In this document: positions 39,895 to 51,232 of the stretch, piece after piece
Layout of the letters: every line of letters starts with the position of its first letter
Numbering within the stretch: position 1 is the stretch's first letter
Assembly (NCBI GenBank): GCA_964016885.1
Contig: CAXHJY010001064.1
Coordinates: 10,789 to 74,788 of the forward strand
From: Eledone cirrhosa
Taxonomy: Eukaryota
Direction: 5' to 3'
Length of the DNA: 64,000 bases
Program-made: the position numbers and the translations under genes
The notes under the pieces: model-generated
What the model saw: only the letters and a program-made list of their open reading frames with translations
The model's database searches: none
Told to the model about the DNA's origin: nothing

Positions 39895-42800
39895 TGGGGT
39901 GGGTCTGCTAGATTCATTGAGGGTAAAAAACGATGTTATAAGCTTTTCTGGGTGGGAAACGACGATGGGCTGGGTGGAGTAGGAATCATGGTAGCAGAAA
40001 AGTGGGCAGATAAGATAATAGACGTAAATAGAGTGAATGACAGAATAATTAAAATACGACTTGTCCTCAATAGAACTACGGTGACAGTAATATCTGCGTA
40101 CGCACCCCAATCCGGACTGCCCGGCACTATAAAAGACAGATTCTATGAGACACTGATGCTAACTACCTCCCAAATATCCGACAGTGACTATATAATTATT
40201 GCAGGCGACCTAAATGGTCACGTTGGACAACATTGTGACGGCTACGTACGACGAAATCCATGGAGGCTATGGGTTTGGTACTAGAAATGAGGAAGGCTCC
40301 AGAATCCTGGAATTCTGTGATGCAAATAACCTAACTATCTGTAACACTAACTTCAAAAAACGTGACAATCACCTGATCACCTATAGATCCGGGAAACACA
40401 CAAGCCAGGTAGATTATATCCTTACCAGAAGACGTGACAGAGTGTCTGTTGTAAACACTAAATCCCTCCCCCATGAAGAATGCACCTCGCAACATAGACT
40501 GATAATTAGCGACCTCATAGTCAGGACAAGACGTACTCGACAGCAGAAGAGGACTATCCTCAGGAGAAAAATATGAAAGCTAAAGGACCCCACAGCCAGG
40601 AATAAATTTCAAAGCATATTACTTGATGCTTTCGACAGTAAGGAAGAACATTTAGAGTCGGACAATATAGAGGGAGAGTGGGAATTTCTGAAAGCAAACC
40701 TGCTGTTGGCGACAGACGAAGTCTGTGGCTGGAGCAGGCCTGTAGGCAGGAGGAGAGTAACATGGTGGTGGAACAGTAAGGTGGAGGGGTCAATTAAGGC
40801 CAAAAAGCAAGCTTGGAAAGTATGGCGGGATGGGGGAAGTAGAGAAGACTATCAAGTGGCCAGGAGGGAAGCTAGGAGACAAGTGTACTTAGCAAGAAGG
40901 GAAGCTGAGGAAAGAAAGTTCAAGCATGTTCTACAACGCGATGACCAAAAACGTGAGGTGTTCAGGATTGCTAGGCAATGCGTCAAGGAAAACCGTGATA
41001 TTGTCGGGGAGAAGTGTGTACTTAACGATGATGGCATACTTGCCATCACCGACGCTGATAAGAAGGTAGCTTGGAAGTGTCACTATGAAAGGCTACTAAA
41101 TGAGGAGAATAAATGGGAGAAAGACAGTCTCCCCCATATCGACCCAATAGAGGGACCAGCAGTGTTAGTCGAGGGGAGTATAATAAGTAAGGCAATCAAG
41201 GATATGAAGACAGGTAAGGCGGCTGGGCCTTCGGAAATAGTTGCTGAGATGCTGAAGGCATCTGGCACGGTGGGACACACCATGGTCACTCGCATAGTTA
41301 ACCATGTCGTACAGAATGGGGTTGTTCCGAAGGAATGGCATAGCAGCATCATCGTTAACTGTTATAAGGGTAAAGGAGACGCCCTAGATAGGAGTAACTA
41401 TAGAGGCATTAAATTAATCGACCAGGTCATGAAGGTCACGGAAAAAGTAATAGCGCAACTAATCAGAGAGAGAATTGACCTAGATGAAATGCAGTTCGGG
41501 TTTGTGTCAGGCAAAAGTACCACAGACGCTCTTTTCATAGTACGACAACTACAGGAGAAGTTCCTAGCTAAAGGTAAACCCCTCTACTTAGCTTTTGTCG
41601 ACTTGGAGAAAGCCTTCGACAGAGTCCCCCGCTCCATTATCTGGTGGGCTCTTAGAAAACTAGGCGTTGACGAATGGCTTGTGAGGGCTATACAAGCCAT
41701 GTATAAAGAAACAGTCAGCAAGGTTAGAATTAACAACGAATATAGTGAAGAGTTTAGCGTAAAAGTTGGCGTCCATCAGGGCTCTGTTCTCAGCCCCCTA
41801 CTATTTATTATTGCCCTTCAGGCTATAACAGAGGAGTTCAAGACATGCTGCCCATGGGAACTCCTATACGCAGACGACCTGACACTCATAGCGGAATCAA
41901 TGGCCGAGCTAGAGAAGAAATTCCAAACATGGAAGCACGGCCTAGAGTCAAAAGGACTTAAAATTAACCTGGCTAAGACCAAAGTTCTAGTTTGTAGGAA
42001 AGAAAACAAGGCGGCGGTCACTTCTGGGAAATGGTCGTGCTCGGTGTGTAGGAAAGGCGTAGGTAGAAACTCCATTTTATGTCCTAAATGCAAAGTATGG
42101 GTGCATAAAAGATGTAGTGGGATCACAGGTAAGCTAACTAAGAACATAGATTTTACATGTGGCCGGTGTTCTGGTGCAATAAGTAGCAGCAAGTGCCCAC
42201 AAAATACTAGCTCTTTCAATTGCGCAGAGGGTTCTATAGAAATAGTGGACAGCTTCCGTTACCTGGGCGATAAAATCAGCAGTGGGGGAGGGTGCTCTGA
42301 AAGTACTGTAGCTAGAGTCAGAACTGGTTGGAAAAAGTTCAGAGAGCTTATACCACTATTAGCTGCTAAAGGGTTCTCCCTAAAAATGAAAGGCAGGTTG
42401 TACGATGCCTGCATACGAACAGCAATGTTGCATGGCAGTGAGACCTGGGCATTGTGTGCAGAGGATATACGCAGACTAGAGAGGAACGAAGCTTGCATGC
42501 TCCGCTGGATGTGTAACAGTAATATACGTGAACGGCAAAGCATAAACGAACTAAGGAAAAAATTAGAGATAAGAGGGATCAGATGTTGTTTACTCGAGAG
42601 AAGGCTACGTTGGTATGGACACGTGATGCGCATGAAAGTCGATAGCTGTATAACAAAGTGCAGGGCAATAAAGATAGACGGTAGCCACGGAATAGGCAGA
42701 CCTAGAAAAACCTGGGACGAGCTGATAAACTCCGACCTCACACACTTACACCTCTCCAAGACAATGTCACTGGACCGAGACCTTTGGCGGTACTCAGTAA

Positions 42801-43191
42801 CAGAGAAGACCCGCCTTGCCAGTAGGCATCTCTAACAAAATACACCCCGTCCCGCCACCACCCCCACCCCATCCACACCACCCCGTTCTATGTAAAGTTA
42901 TGTTGGTGCCGCGCCATCCAGGCCGAAACAAATGAGATCGTGTAGGTGTCACGACAAAAAAACACACAGTCCACGCTGTAATGTGGCCGTGTAGGCAACA
43001 CGGTAAAAACCTCCCAGACCCACACTGTAAATGTGGTTGGTGTTAGGAAGGGCATCCAACTGTAGAAAACCTGCCAGACAGTCCTATGCGAGCAAGACAA
43101 TCACTCTTGCCTCAAGTGGGACTACCCCCGTCCAAACCCATGCAAGCGTGGAACACGGACGTTAAACGTTGATGATGATGATGATGATGAT
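39892..43191 (+). mobile_element. RTE LINE family A, near-complete (partial APE endonuclease, RT, PHD, thumb), inactivated
   Basis: EN motifs GVGIMV, ISAYAPQ, GDLNGHVG, QVDYIL and SQHRLI. 4-bp duplication frameshift (tacgtacg 40243-50), TGA at 40574-76, then a 709-aa ORF 40706-42835. Confidence 0.95.
40706..42835 (+). CDS. RTE ORF2 C-terminal part: reverse transcriptase with inserted PHD finger
   Basis: NYRGIKL, QFGF, FVDLEKAFDRV, GVHQGSVLSP, YADD, C4HC3 motif at 42038-42169, RYLG, RRLRWYGHV. Confidence 0.9.
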   Translation: MATDEVCGWSRPVGRRRVTWWWNSKVEGSIKAKKQAWKVWRDGGSREDYQVARREARRQVYLARREAEERKFKHVLQRDDQKREVFRIARQCVKENRDIVGEKCVLNDDGILAITDADKKVAWKCHYERLLNEENKWEKDSLPHIDPIEGPAVLVEGSIISKAIKDMKTGKAAGPSEIVAEMLKASGTVGHTMVTRIVNHVVQNGVVPKEWHSSIIVNCYKGKGDALDRSNYRGIKLIDQVMKVTEKVIAQLIRERIDLDEMQFGFVSGKSTTDALFIVRQLQEKFLAKGKPLYLAFVDLEKAFDRVPRSIIWWALRKLGVDEWLVRAIQAMYKETVSKVRINNEYSEEFSVKVGVHQGSVLSPLLFIIALQAITEEFKTCCPWELLYADDLTLIAESMAELEKKFQTWKHGLESKGLKINLAKTKVLVCRKENKAAVTSGKWSCSVCRKGVGRNSILCPKCKVWVHKRCSGITGKLTKNIDFTCGRCSGAISSSKCPQNTSSFNCAEGSIEIVDSFRYLGDKISSGGGCSESTVARVRTGWKKFRELIPLLAAKGFSLKMKGRLYDACIRTAMLHGSETWALCAEDIRRLERNEACMLRWMCNSNIRERQSINELRKKLEIRGIRCCLLERRLRWYGHVMRMKVDSCITKCRAIKIDGSHGIGRPRKTWDELINSDLTHLHLSKTMSLDRDLWRYSVTEKTRLASRHL

Positions 43192-43320
43192 TACATATAT
43201 ATATATATATATCATATATATATATATTACATATATATATATATATATATTACATATATATATATATTACATATATATATATATATTACATATATATATA
43301 TATATTACATATTATATATG

Positions 43321-43354
<34 letters not shown>

Positions 43355-43407
43355 CATATATATATATATATTACATATATATATATCATATATATATATA
43401 TATATAT

Positions 43408-43442
<35 letters not shown>

Positions 43443-43445
<3 letters not shown>

Positions 43446-44126
43446 TGGGGTGGGTCTGCTAGATTCATTGAGGGTAAAAAACGATGTTATAAGCTTTTCT
43501 GGGTGGGAAACGACGATGGGCTGGGTGGAGTAGGAATCATGGTAGCAGAAAAGTGGGCAGATAAGATAATAGACGTAAATAGAGTGAATGACAGAATAAT
43601 TAAAATACGACTTGTCCTCAATAGAACTACGGTGACAGTAATATCTGCGTACGCACCCCAATCCGGACTGCCCGGCACTATAAAAGACAGATTCTATGAG
43701 ACACTGATGCTAACTACCTCCCAAATATCCGACAGTGACTATATAATTATTGCAGGCGACCTAAATGGTCACGTTGGACAACATTGTGACGGCTACGTAC
43801 GACGAAATCCATGGAGGCTATGGGTTTGGTACTAGAAATGAGGAAGGCTCCAGAATCCTGGAATTCTGTGATGCAAATAACCTAACTATCTGTAACACTA
43901 ACTTCAAAAAACGTGACAATCACCTGATCACCTATAGATCCGGGAAACACACAAGCCAGGTAGATTATATCCTTACCAGAAGACGTGACAGAGTGTCTGT
44001 TGTAAACACTAAATCCCTCCCCCATGAAGAATGCACCTCGCAACATAGACTGATAATTAGCGACCTCATAGTCAGGACAAGACGTACTCGACAGCAGAAG
44101 AGGACTATCCTCAGGAGAAAAATATG
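43443..44126 (+). mobile_element. Duplicated RTE-A endonuclease segment (truncated)
   Basis: Matches 39892-40575 at +3551 offset, including the frameshift. Confidence 0.95.
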
Positions 44127-46167
44127 AGCTTCTTCTCCATCTCAGGCTGGATCCTGTTAAGAATCATCCTGTTGAGGGTCTTTGCCACAAGTGACGTCAG
44201 TGAGATCCCCGGTAGTTGTTGGTGTTAGAGAGATCTCCCTTCTTTGACACTGGGACGATGTTACTGATCCTCCACTGATTCGGGGCAACTCCTTTCTCCA
44301 GTGCCCCGTTACAGAACCCCAGGATGATATCATCAAAATCACACCTCTTCATCACCTCTGATGCCACTCCATCTTCTCCATGAGCCTTGCCCTCCTTGAT
44401 CCTCTTCTTGGCTCTCTGAAGCTCCTCTCTGGTGAAGGACTCTGTCTCAACATCCAGTTCCTCAAACAGCTGCCTGATCTCCCCAGTGCTCTGGGCTGTG
44501 GAGGGTGGCTCTCCTAGTAGGGTCCTAAAATGGTCTAGCCATTTCCTCTTCCTATCCTCGGGCCCTGTTCCCTGGATCTGACTCGACACCTTCTCTTCCT
44601 CCCTGTGATCTCGTTGATGATCATCCAGCTCTCCTTACATCCAGATCTGTCAACCGCTCTCTCCACACTTCTGATCTTCTCTATCAGTGCCTCCTCTCTG
44701 ACCTCAGTGTAAGCGGTACAGAGCTCTTCCCTCATCACCTCCACAGTCTCCATCCTCTCCTCTGTAGGATCAGCATAGAATTGATCCCTGGCAGCTTTCA
44801 GGTGTTCTCTGGCTGCACACACTTTTGGGTTTGCAGAGCTGACGTGCTTCCCTTTGTTCTTTTTCCTCGGCACCAGGGTTTCACTTGCTTCCGCCACTGC
44901 ATTGGTGAAGTGCCCGTACCTCCTCGTCACACTCTCCTTGGTCCATCCAATCTCTCTCTCCTCTGACTCTCCACACAGAGCACTAAACCTGTTTCTCACT
45001 TCCACTGTGAACCTCTCCTGTAGCCTATCATCTTCCTTGAAAGCTCCCCAGTCATAGATTGTTCTCCGGGGCTGAGCCTTGCTCTTTCTTAAGCTCACGC
45101 GGACCTCACTCATAACAAGCCGGTGGTCACTACCCAGTGTACTGAAATAGCAGTATGGTTCCGTGTTCAGAACACTATTCCGCCACTTTTTCCTCACCAG
45201 AATGAAATCAATCTGGGACTTGGACAGGTGCATATCTGAGATGTAGGTCCACATCTTCCCCAGATTCTTCCTAAACCCTAGGTTGGTCGCCATCAAGTTC
45301 GCCTCCAGCAGGGTGTCTCTCAGTAGTCTTCCATTTCGGTTGGTGTTGTTATGGAAGTACCAGCAAGGATCTTCACTGCCCTCCTTACTCAGATGTTCAT
45401 TGAAGTCCCCCAAAACAAGCAGGATATTGTGTGCCTGAGTAGTGTTGACAGCTCTACACACCTCCTCATGGAACTCTTCTGCACTCACATCACTGTCCCC
45501 CTCGGTTGGACTATAGGCTGAGATGACTGTCAGTCTTGGGTTTCCATTGAAGGTCACCCTCAACACTCGCGGGGAGATAGGCATTATTTCCCTCACCAAC
45601 AGATTGGTTTTTGTACTGAACACAAACCCACTCCTCCTACTGCAGCATTTGTTGTGTTCTTCACTGCCGATGTAGTGATGAGCTGGCTCTTCCTCCCGAT
45701 CATCACACTCCTCACGGGCTCATCGTGTAGAATCCTGTGTTCTTGGATCGCAAGTATCTGTATACCACTCTCCTCGAACAGATGTCCCAAATCCTCTCTC
45801 TTCTCCAGCGTCCGAATAGTCCTCACATTCAAAGTGCCCATTTTGATGGTTCTTCTGCAGGACAAAACTGCATTCTTTATATTTGTCTCAGAGACAGCTG
45901 ATCCATCATCCACTGGCCCTCTCTGTGGCTCTAAGCCAGCAGAGTCATAACGACCAGGCTGCTCCTTGACAGTGTAATTAGGCGCTCTAACCCTAGTGCT
46001 GTTAGATCGACTCTCCATATTTCTTTTCAATGGCTGACAATACCTTACCGGCGCCACTCGAATAAGGTAGTTATGACAACTAAGGGGTAACTCCACATTC
46101 CCCACATCTCCTGAACTCCCGAACTGGAGCCTTGCCACTGGATGTAGTTTAATGTCATACCCAGGAC

Positions 46168-46168
<1 letters not shown>
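44127..46168 (-). mobile_element. RTE family B 5' half (5' UTR, APE endonuclease, start of RT), frameshifted
   Basis: ORFs 45593-46138 (GTLNVRT, IQEHR, GGVG), 44535-45623 (SAYSPT, GDFN, QIDFIL, SDH) and 44197-44589 (KAHGEDG, VPVSKKGD, NYRG). Cut off at 44127. Confidence 0.9.
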
Positions 46169-46201
<33 letters not shown>

Positions 46202-46307
46202 ATTGTTTCTACTTTAGGCACAAGGCCAGCAATAACCCAGTACATTACTGGTACTTTATTTTATCGACCCCGTAAGGATGAAAGGCAAAGTCAACCTCGG
46301 CGGGATT

Positions 46308-46310
<3 letters not shown>
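46202..46310 (-). mobile_element. 5'-truncated SINE
   Basis: Core and tail of the main SINE family. Confidence 0.85.
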
Positions 46311-46355
<45 letters not shown>

Positions 46356-46438
46356 TATATATATTTATATATATATATATATATATAAATTAATAAAATA
46401 ATGGATAAACAAAGAAACAGTTCCTTATATTAAAAAAT

Positions 46439-46576
46439 TCATCATTTTACGATCGTTTCTAGGATATATATGTTTGTGTTGGTATGCATATCCTATAGAT
46501 CTATGTAAAATTTTTACAAACTATCAGAGGGAATATACATACCTACACATATATATGCTGTCTTCAGAAATAATGA
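46439..46576 (-). ncRNA. Type I hammerhead ribozyme (long stem II)
   Basis: tcattattt-CTGAAGA-[~100 nt stem II]-GAAAC-gatc-GTA-aaatgatga. Stem I is 9 bp with one G.U. Confidence 0.8.
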
Positions 46577-47583
46577 TATTTGTCTGTTTGGGAACAGGTT
46601 TTGAATTGACCAATAGAAAGATAGTGAAGGTCAAGATAGTAATATAGTAGTAAAAGAACCTTAATTTATGGGTAGAGGAAGGTAGATTTTAGTTTTGGAT
46701 GGAAAGAATATTATGAATGAAAGATTATTTTCGGGATGAGAATAGGTCATATGCTGACCTCAGAAATAATTATATTTGTTCATTGAATAAAACCAACAAA
46801 GATTTAGTATAGTAGGTTTGTTTGGGAACAGGTTTTGAATTAACCAATAGAAAGGTAATAATTGGCCAAATGGTAAAATAGTAGTAATTGAAATTTATTT
46901 TGGGGTAGAAGAAGGCAGATTTCAGTTTTGAATGGAAGGAGTATGAAGAATGAAAAGTTTATTTTAGGGTGAAAATAGGTCAGGTCAGTAAAACGTAACA
47001 CTAAAAGTTGCTGTTATAAAAGAATAATGCCAATGTAAATATCTAAGGAGACTAAAATTTTACGATAAAAGTGTTAGTGAAAAAAATATATATGGAATTT
47101 ACATCTATGAAAAGAATATAAATTAATTTAATTGATGGGTATATTTATATTGATAAAATTATATTAATGCATATAGATATGATAAATAAGAGTTAGATGT
47201 AATTGAAGAGTGCTGTTAAAGACGAGGGGAAATTAAATAAATATAAAAAGAATATATATATATATATATATAATTATTGTGGAGGGGGGGGTGTTAAATT
47301 TATTAGTGAGAAATAATAAATATATAGAGATTTCAAGGAACATAGAATCATAACCCGAAATTAAAATATTATATATATTTACTTAATGGTATCAATTTTA
47401 GGAAAAGATAGTTGTAAGAAGGAAAGTAAAATTATGTAGTTCATCAGTAGTAGAATATTAATTATAGGTTAAGTAAATTAAAAATAGTTTTTATATTAAT
47501 TTCTAAAATGTATATTAATTACGTTTATAATATTTAAAGGTTTTTATCAGTTTATGATTACACGATATTATTAATTCCTGTCG

Positions 47584-47765
47584 TGGTGGATTGGCAGTAT
47601 CGGTAGAGGGTTTGACGCCATGCTTTCCAGCATAGTTACGTCCCTTTATGATCTGAGTTCAAATCCCGCCGAGGTTGACTTTGCCTTTCATCCTTACGGG
47701 GTCGATAAAATAAAGTACCAGTAATGCACTGAGTAATTGCTGGCCTTGTGCCTAAAGTAGAAACA
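47584..47765 (+). mobile_element. SINE inserted in the Penelope GIY-YIG end
   Basis: 17-bp TSD attattaattcctgtcg at 47567-83 and 47766-82. Confidence 0.9.
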
Positions 47766-49206
47766 ATTATTAATTCCTGTCGCTTATTTAATAGGATATC
47801 CTTAGATTTCATTATTTCAAAAAGTTCTTGGGAACATAATCTACATTCATATCTATTATTTTGATAAGGGGTGGCCCTTTTGAGCACACTCCAGGTCAGG
47901 TCATAATCTATATTCCTCTTTCTATAATTATTAATTATTTCAGCTAGAGATGTTGTATTAGCTAATGCGGCATTTTTAAAACTATGTTTGTGGGTATAAA
48001 ATCTTACCTTAAATTGGTTAGAGGTAGCTCCTATATATGAATAAATTGAGTCCTTAGTGTTAACTTTACATTTATATACTATGTTATTAACAAGGCAATT
48101 TCCTTTTAATGGGCAGTTTGCTTTGTTTCTACAGTTACAACTTTTCGTGAATCCTGTATCAGAGGAGATATTATGGTTAGTTTGATGTACTGGTGGTATA
48201 CTCATGTTTTTTTACATTTATATGCATTGTAGGCACTTATATTTTGTTTTATGTTTTTGGTTGTTGAGTAGGAGAATTTAACCGTTGATCTATTTAAAAT
48301 TTGATGGTATTTGTTGTTTGGCGGGAAGTTCTTCTCTAGGATATTAAACATTTTTTTAGGTATATTATCCTTAATTTGTAAATTAAATGGAGCATTATAC
48401 CAAGTAACTCGTCTATTACGGTTTCGATGTTGTTTATTATTTTTATAGGATGTATCCTGATGTTTATTAAGAGAATTATTGTTAATGACTTCACCACACA
48501 CATTTTTAGTTAGATTTATTGATTTAGGTGTTTTAGCTTGTTTATTAGGAGTTTTATTATTAACATTTATTAGAGTAGTAGGATGAGTAGTTTTTTGAGA
48601 GTTACTATATTGTATATTAGAAGAGTTAGAGAAATTTGGTTTTATGTTGGTATTTTGGGGTATAGTGTGAGTGGCATTTAGGTGTGTATGTTTCATTTGG
48701 TGTTTGTTGGTAATATTAGGTTGTATGTTTGTAGTGTTATTGGTACAAGGTATATATACTAATTTATTTTTGTGGCCACTTCTAGCTAAAGCTTCGTTAT
48801 AGAAGGTCGCATTTTTATCAAATATATCCTGGTTAGACGAAAGGTTAGAAATTCTAAGTGAGATATTATATGCAAGGTTTTTAAGGATAGATTTAGGGTG
48901 ATTAGATTGTGAGTGTATGTAATGTAAATTTTGGTTAGGTTTATGGTAAGGTTGGTCGTAGATAAGTCTAATGTTATATCAAGGAAATTAACTACTTTAG
49001 TTGTGTTTTCAAATGTAATATCTAGACTATAATAGTCTTTGAGGAAAGTTCTAATAAGCTTTTTATTTTTTTCTATCTCTGAAAGGCTAAGGTTATTGGA
49101 AAGAAGAAGACAGTCGTCACTATATAAACCACCTTTAAGGTGGGCAAAGGAAGCATTTATGTTAAAAAGAAGAAAGAGGCCTATTGGTTTTTTCAATAAA
49201 CAAATA

Positions 49207-49344
49207 TCATTATTTCTGAAGACAGCATATATATGTGTAGGTATGTATATTCCCTCTGATAGTTTGTAAAAAATTTACATAGATCTATAGGATATGCATA
49301 CCAACACTAACATATATATCCTAGAGACGATCGTAAAATGATGA
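49207..49344 (+). ncRNA. Hammerhead ribozyme copy with core mutation (GAAA to GAGA)
   Basis: CTGAAGA at 49216-22, GAGAC-gatc-GTA at 49324-35, stem I tcattattt/aaatgatga. Confidence 0.7.
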
Positions 49345-49545
49345 ATTTTTTAATATAAGGAACTGTTTCTTTGTTTATTCATTATTTTATTAATTTATCT
49401 TGACTCTGTTTTCCGTTAATTTTCACCTAAAAATTTTTTTGAATACATCTTCTCTTTTCATGATATTCGGATTACATTGAGTTCTTCATACGGATTGGAC
49501 ACTACCGTACATTTTGGTAGATTTATCTACATATATATATATATG

Positions 49546-49676
<131 letters not shown>

Positions 49677-49683
49677 ATAATAT

Positions 49684-49817
<134 letters not shown>

Positions 49818-49869
49818 AATTAATAAAGTAATGAATAAACAAAGAAACAGTTCCTTATATTAAAAAAAT

Positions 49870-50009
49870 TCATCATTTTACGATCATTTCTAGGATATAT
49901 ATGTGTTAGTGTTGGTATGCATATTCTATAGATCTATGTAAAATATTTATACAAACTATCAGAGGGAATATACATACCTACACATATATATGCTGTCTTC
50001 AGAAATAAT
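49870..50009 (-). ncRNA. Hammerhead ribozyme in the 3' pLTR, abutting a SINE
   Basis: attattt-CTGAAGA...GAAAT-gatc-GTA-aaatgat. Confidence 0.7.
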
Positions 50010-50176
50010 TGTTTCTACTTTAGGCACAAGGCCAGCTATTACCCAGTGCATTACTGGTACTTTATTTTATCGACCCCGTAAGGATGAAAGGCAAAGTCAA
50101 CCTCGGCGGGATTTGAACTCAGATCGTAAAGGGACGTAACTATGTTGGAAAGCATGGCGTCCGACCCTCTACCGAT
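50010..50176 (-). mobile_element. SINE in the Penelope 3' pLTR
   Basis: gaaataat duplicated at 50002-09 and 50177-84. Same site as 54182-54353. Confidence 0.9.
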
Positions 50177-50879
50177 GAAATAATGATATTTGTTTATTGA
50201 AAAAAACAAAGATTTAATACAATAGGACTGTTTGGGAACAGGTTTTGAATTGACCAATAGAAAGATAGTGAAGGTCAAGATAGTAATCTAGTAGTAAAAG
50301 AACCTTAATTTATGGGTAGAGGAAGGTAGATTTCAGTTTTGGATGGAAAAGAATATTATGAATGAAAGATTATTTTAGGGATGAAAATAGGTTGTATGCT
50401 GACCTCAGAAATAATTATATTTGTTCATTGAATAAAACCAACAAAGATTTGATATAGTCTGTCTGTTTGGTAACAGGTTTAGAATTAACCAATAGAAAGT
50501 TAATAATTGGCCAAATGGTAAAATAGTAGTAATTGAAGTTTATTTTAGGGGTAGATGAAGGTAGATTTCAGTTTTGAATGGAGTGTGAAGAATGAGAAGG
50601 TTATTTTAGGGGTTAAAATAGGTCAGGTCAGTAAAAGGTATATGAGCAGTTGCTGTTATAAACCAGTAATGCCAATGCAAATATCTAAGGAGACTAAAAT
50701 TTTACGATAAGAGTGTTAGTGAAAAAATACATCCATGAAAAGAATATAAATTAATTTAATTGCTGGGTATATTTATATTGATAAAATTATACTAATGCAT
50801 ATAGATATGATAAATAAGAGTTAGATGTAGTTGAAGAGTGCTGTTAAAGATGAGGGGAAATTAAGAGAATATAAAAATA

Positions 50880-50910
<31 letters not shown>

Positions 50911-51232
50911 TATACATACACATACACACACGCATATATATATATATATACACACACATACATACATATATATATACACATATACATACATACACATACA
51001 TATAATTATTGAAGGGGGGGGGAGTTAAATTTATAATAAATATATAGAGATTTCAAGGAACATAGAATCATAACCTGAAATTAAAGGATTATATATGTTT
51101 ACTTAATGGTATCAGTTTTAGGAAATGATAGTTGTAAGAAGGAAAGTAAAATTATGTAGTTCACATAGTAGAATATTAATTATAGGTTAACTAAATTAAA
51201 AACAGTTTATATATTAATCTCTAAGATGTATA

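Larger units (their letters stand above)
46386..49530 (-). mobile_element. Penelope-like element copy B: 5'-truncated RT end, GIY-YIG, 3' pLTR, and inverted pLTR at 49185-49530
   Basis: ORFs 48786-49196 (GLYSDD, VNFLDITLDL), 48202-48696 and 47636-48205 (CNCR..CPL..CL, IVY...YIG, CRLC). The inverted terminal segment is typical of PLE 5' inversion. Flanked by (TA)n. Confidence 0.9.
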
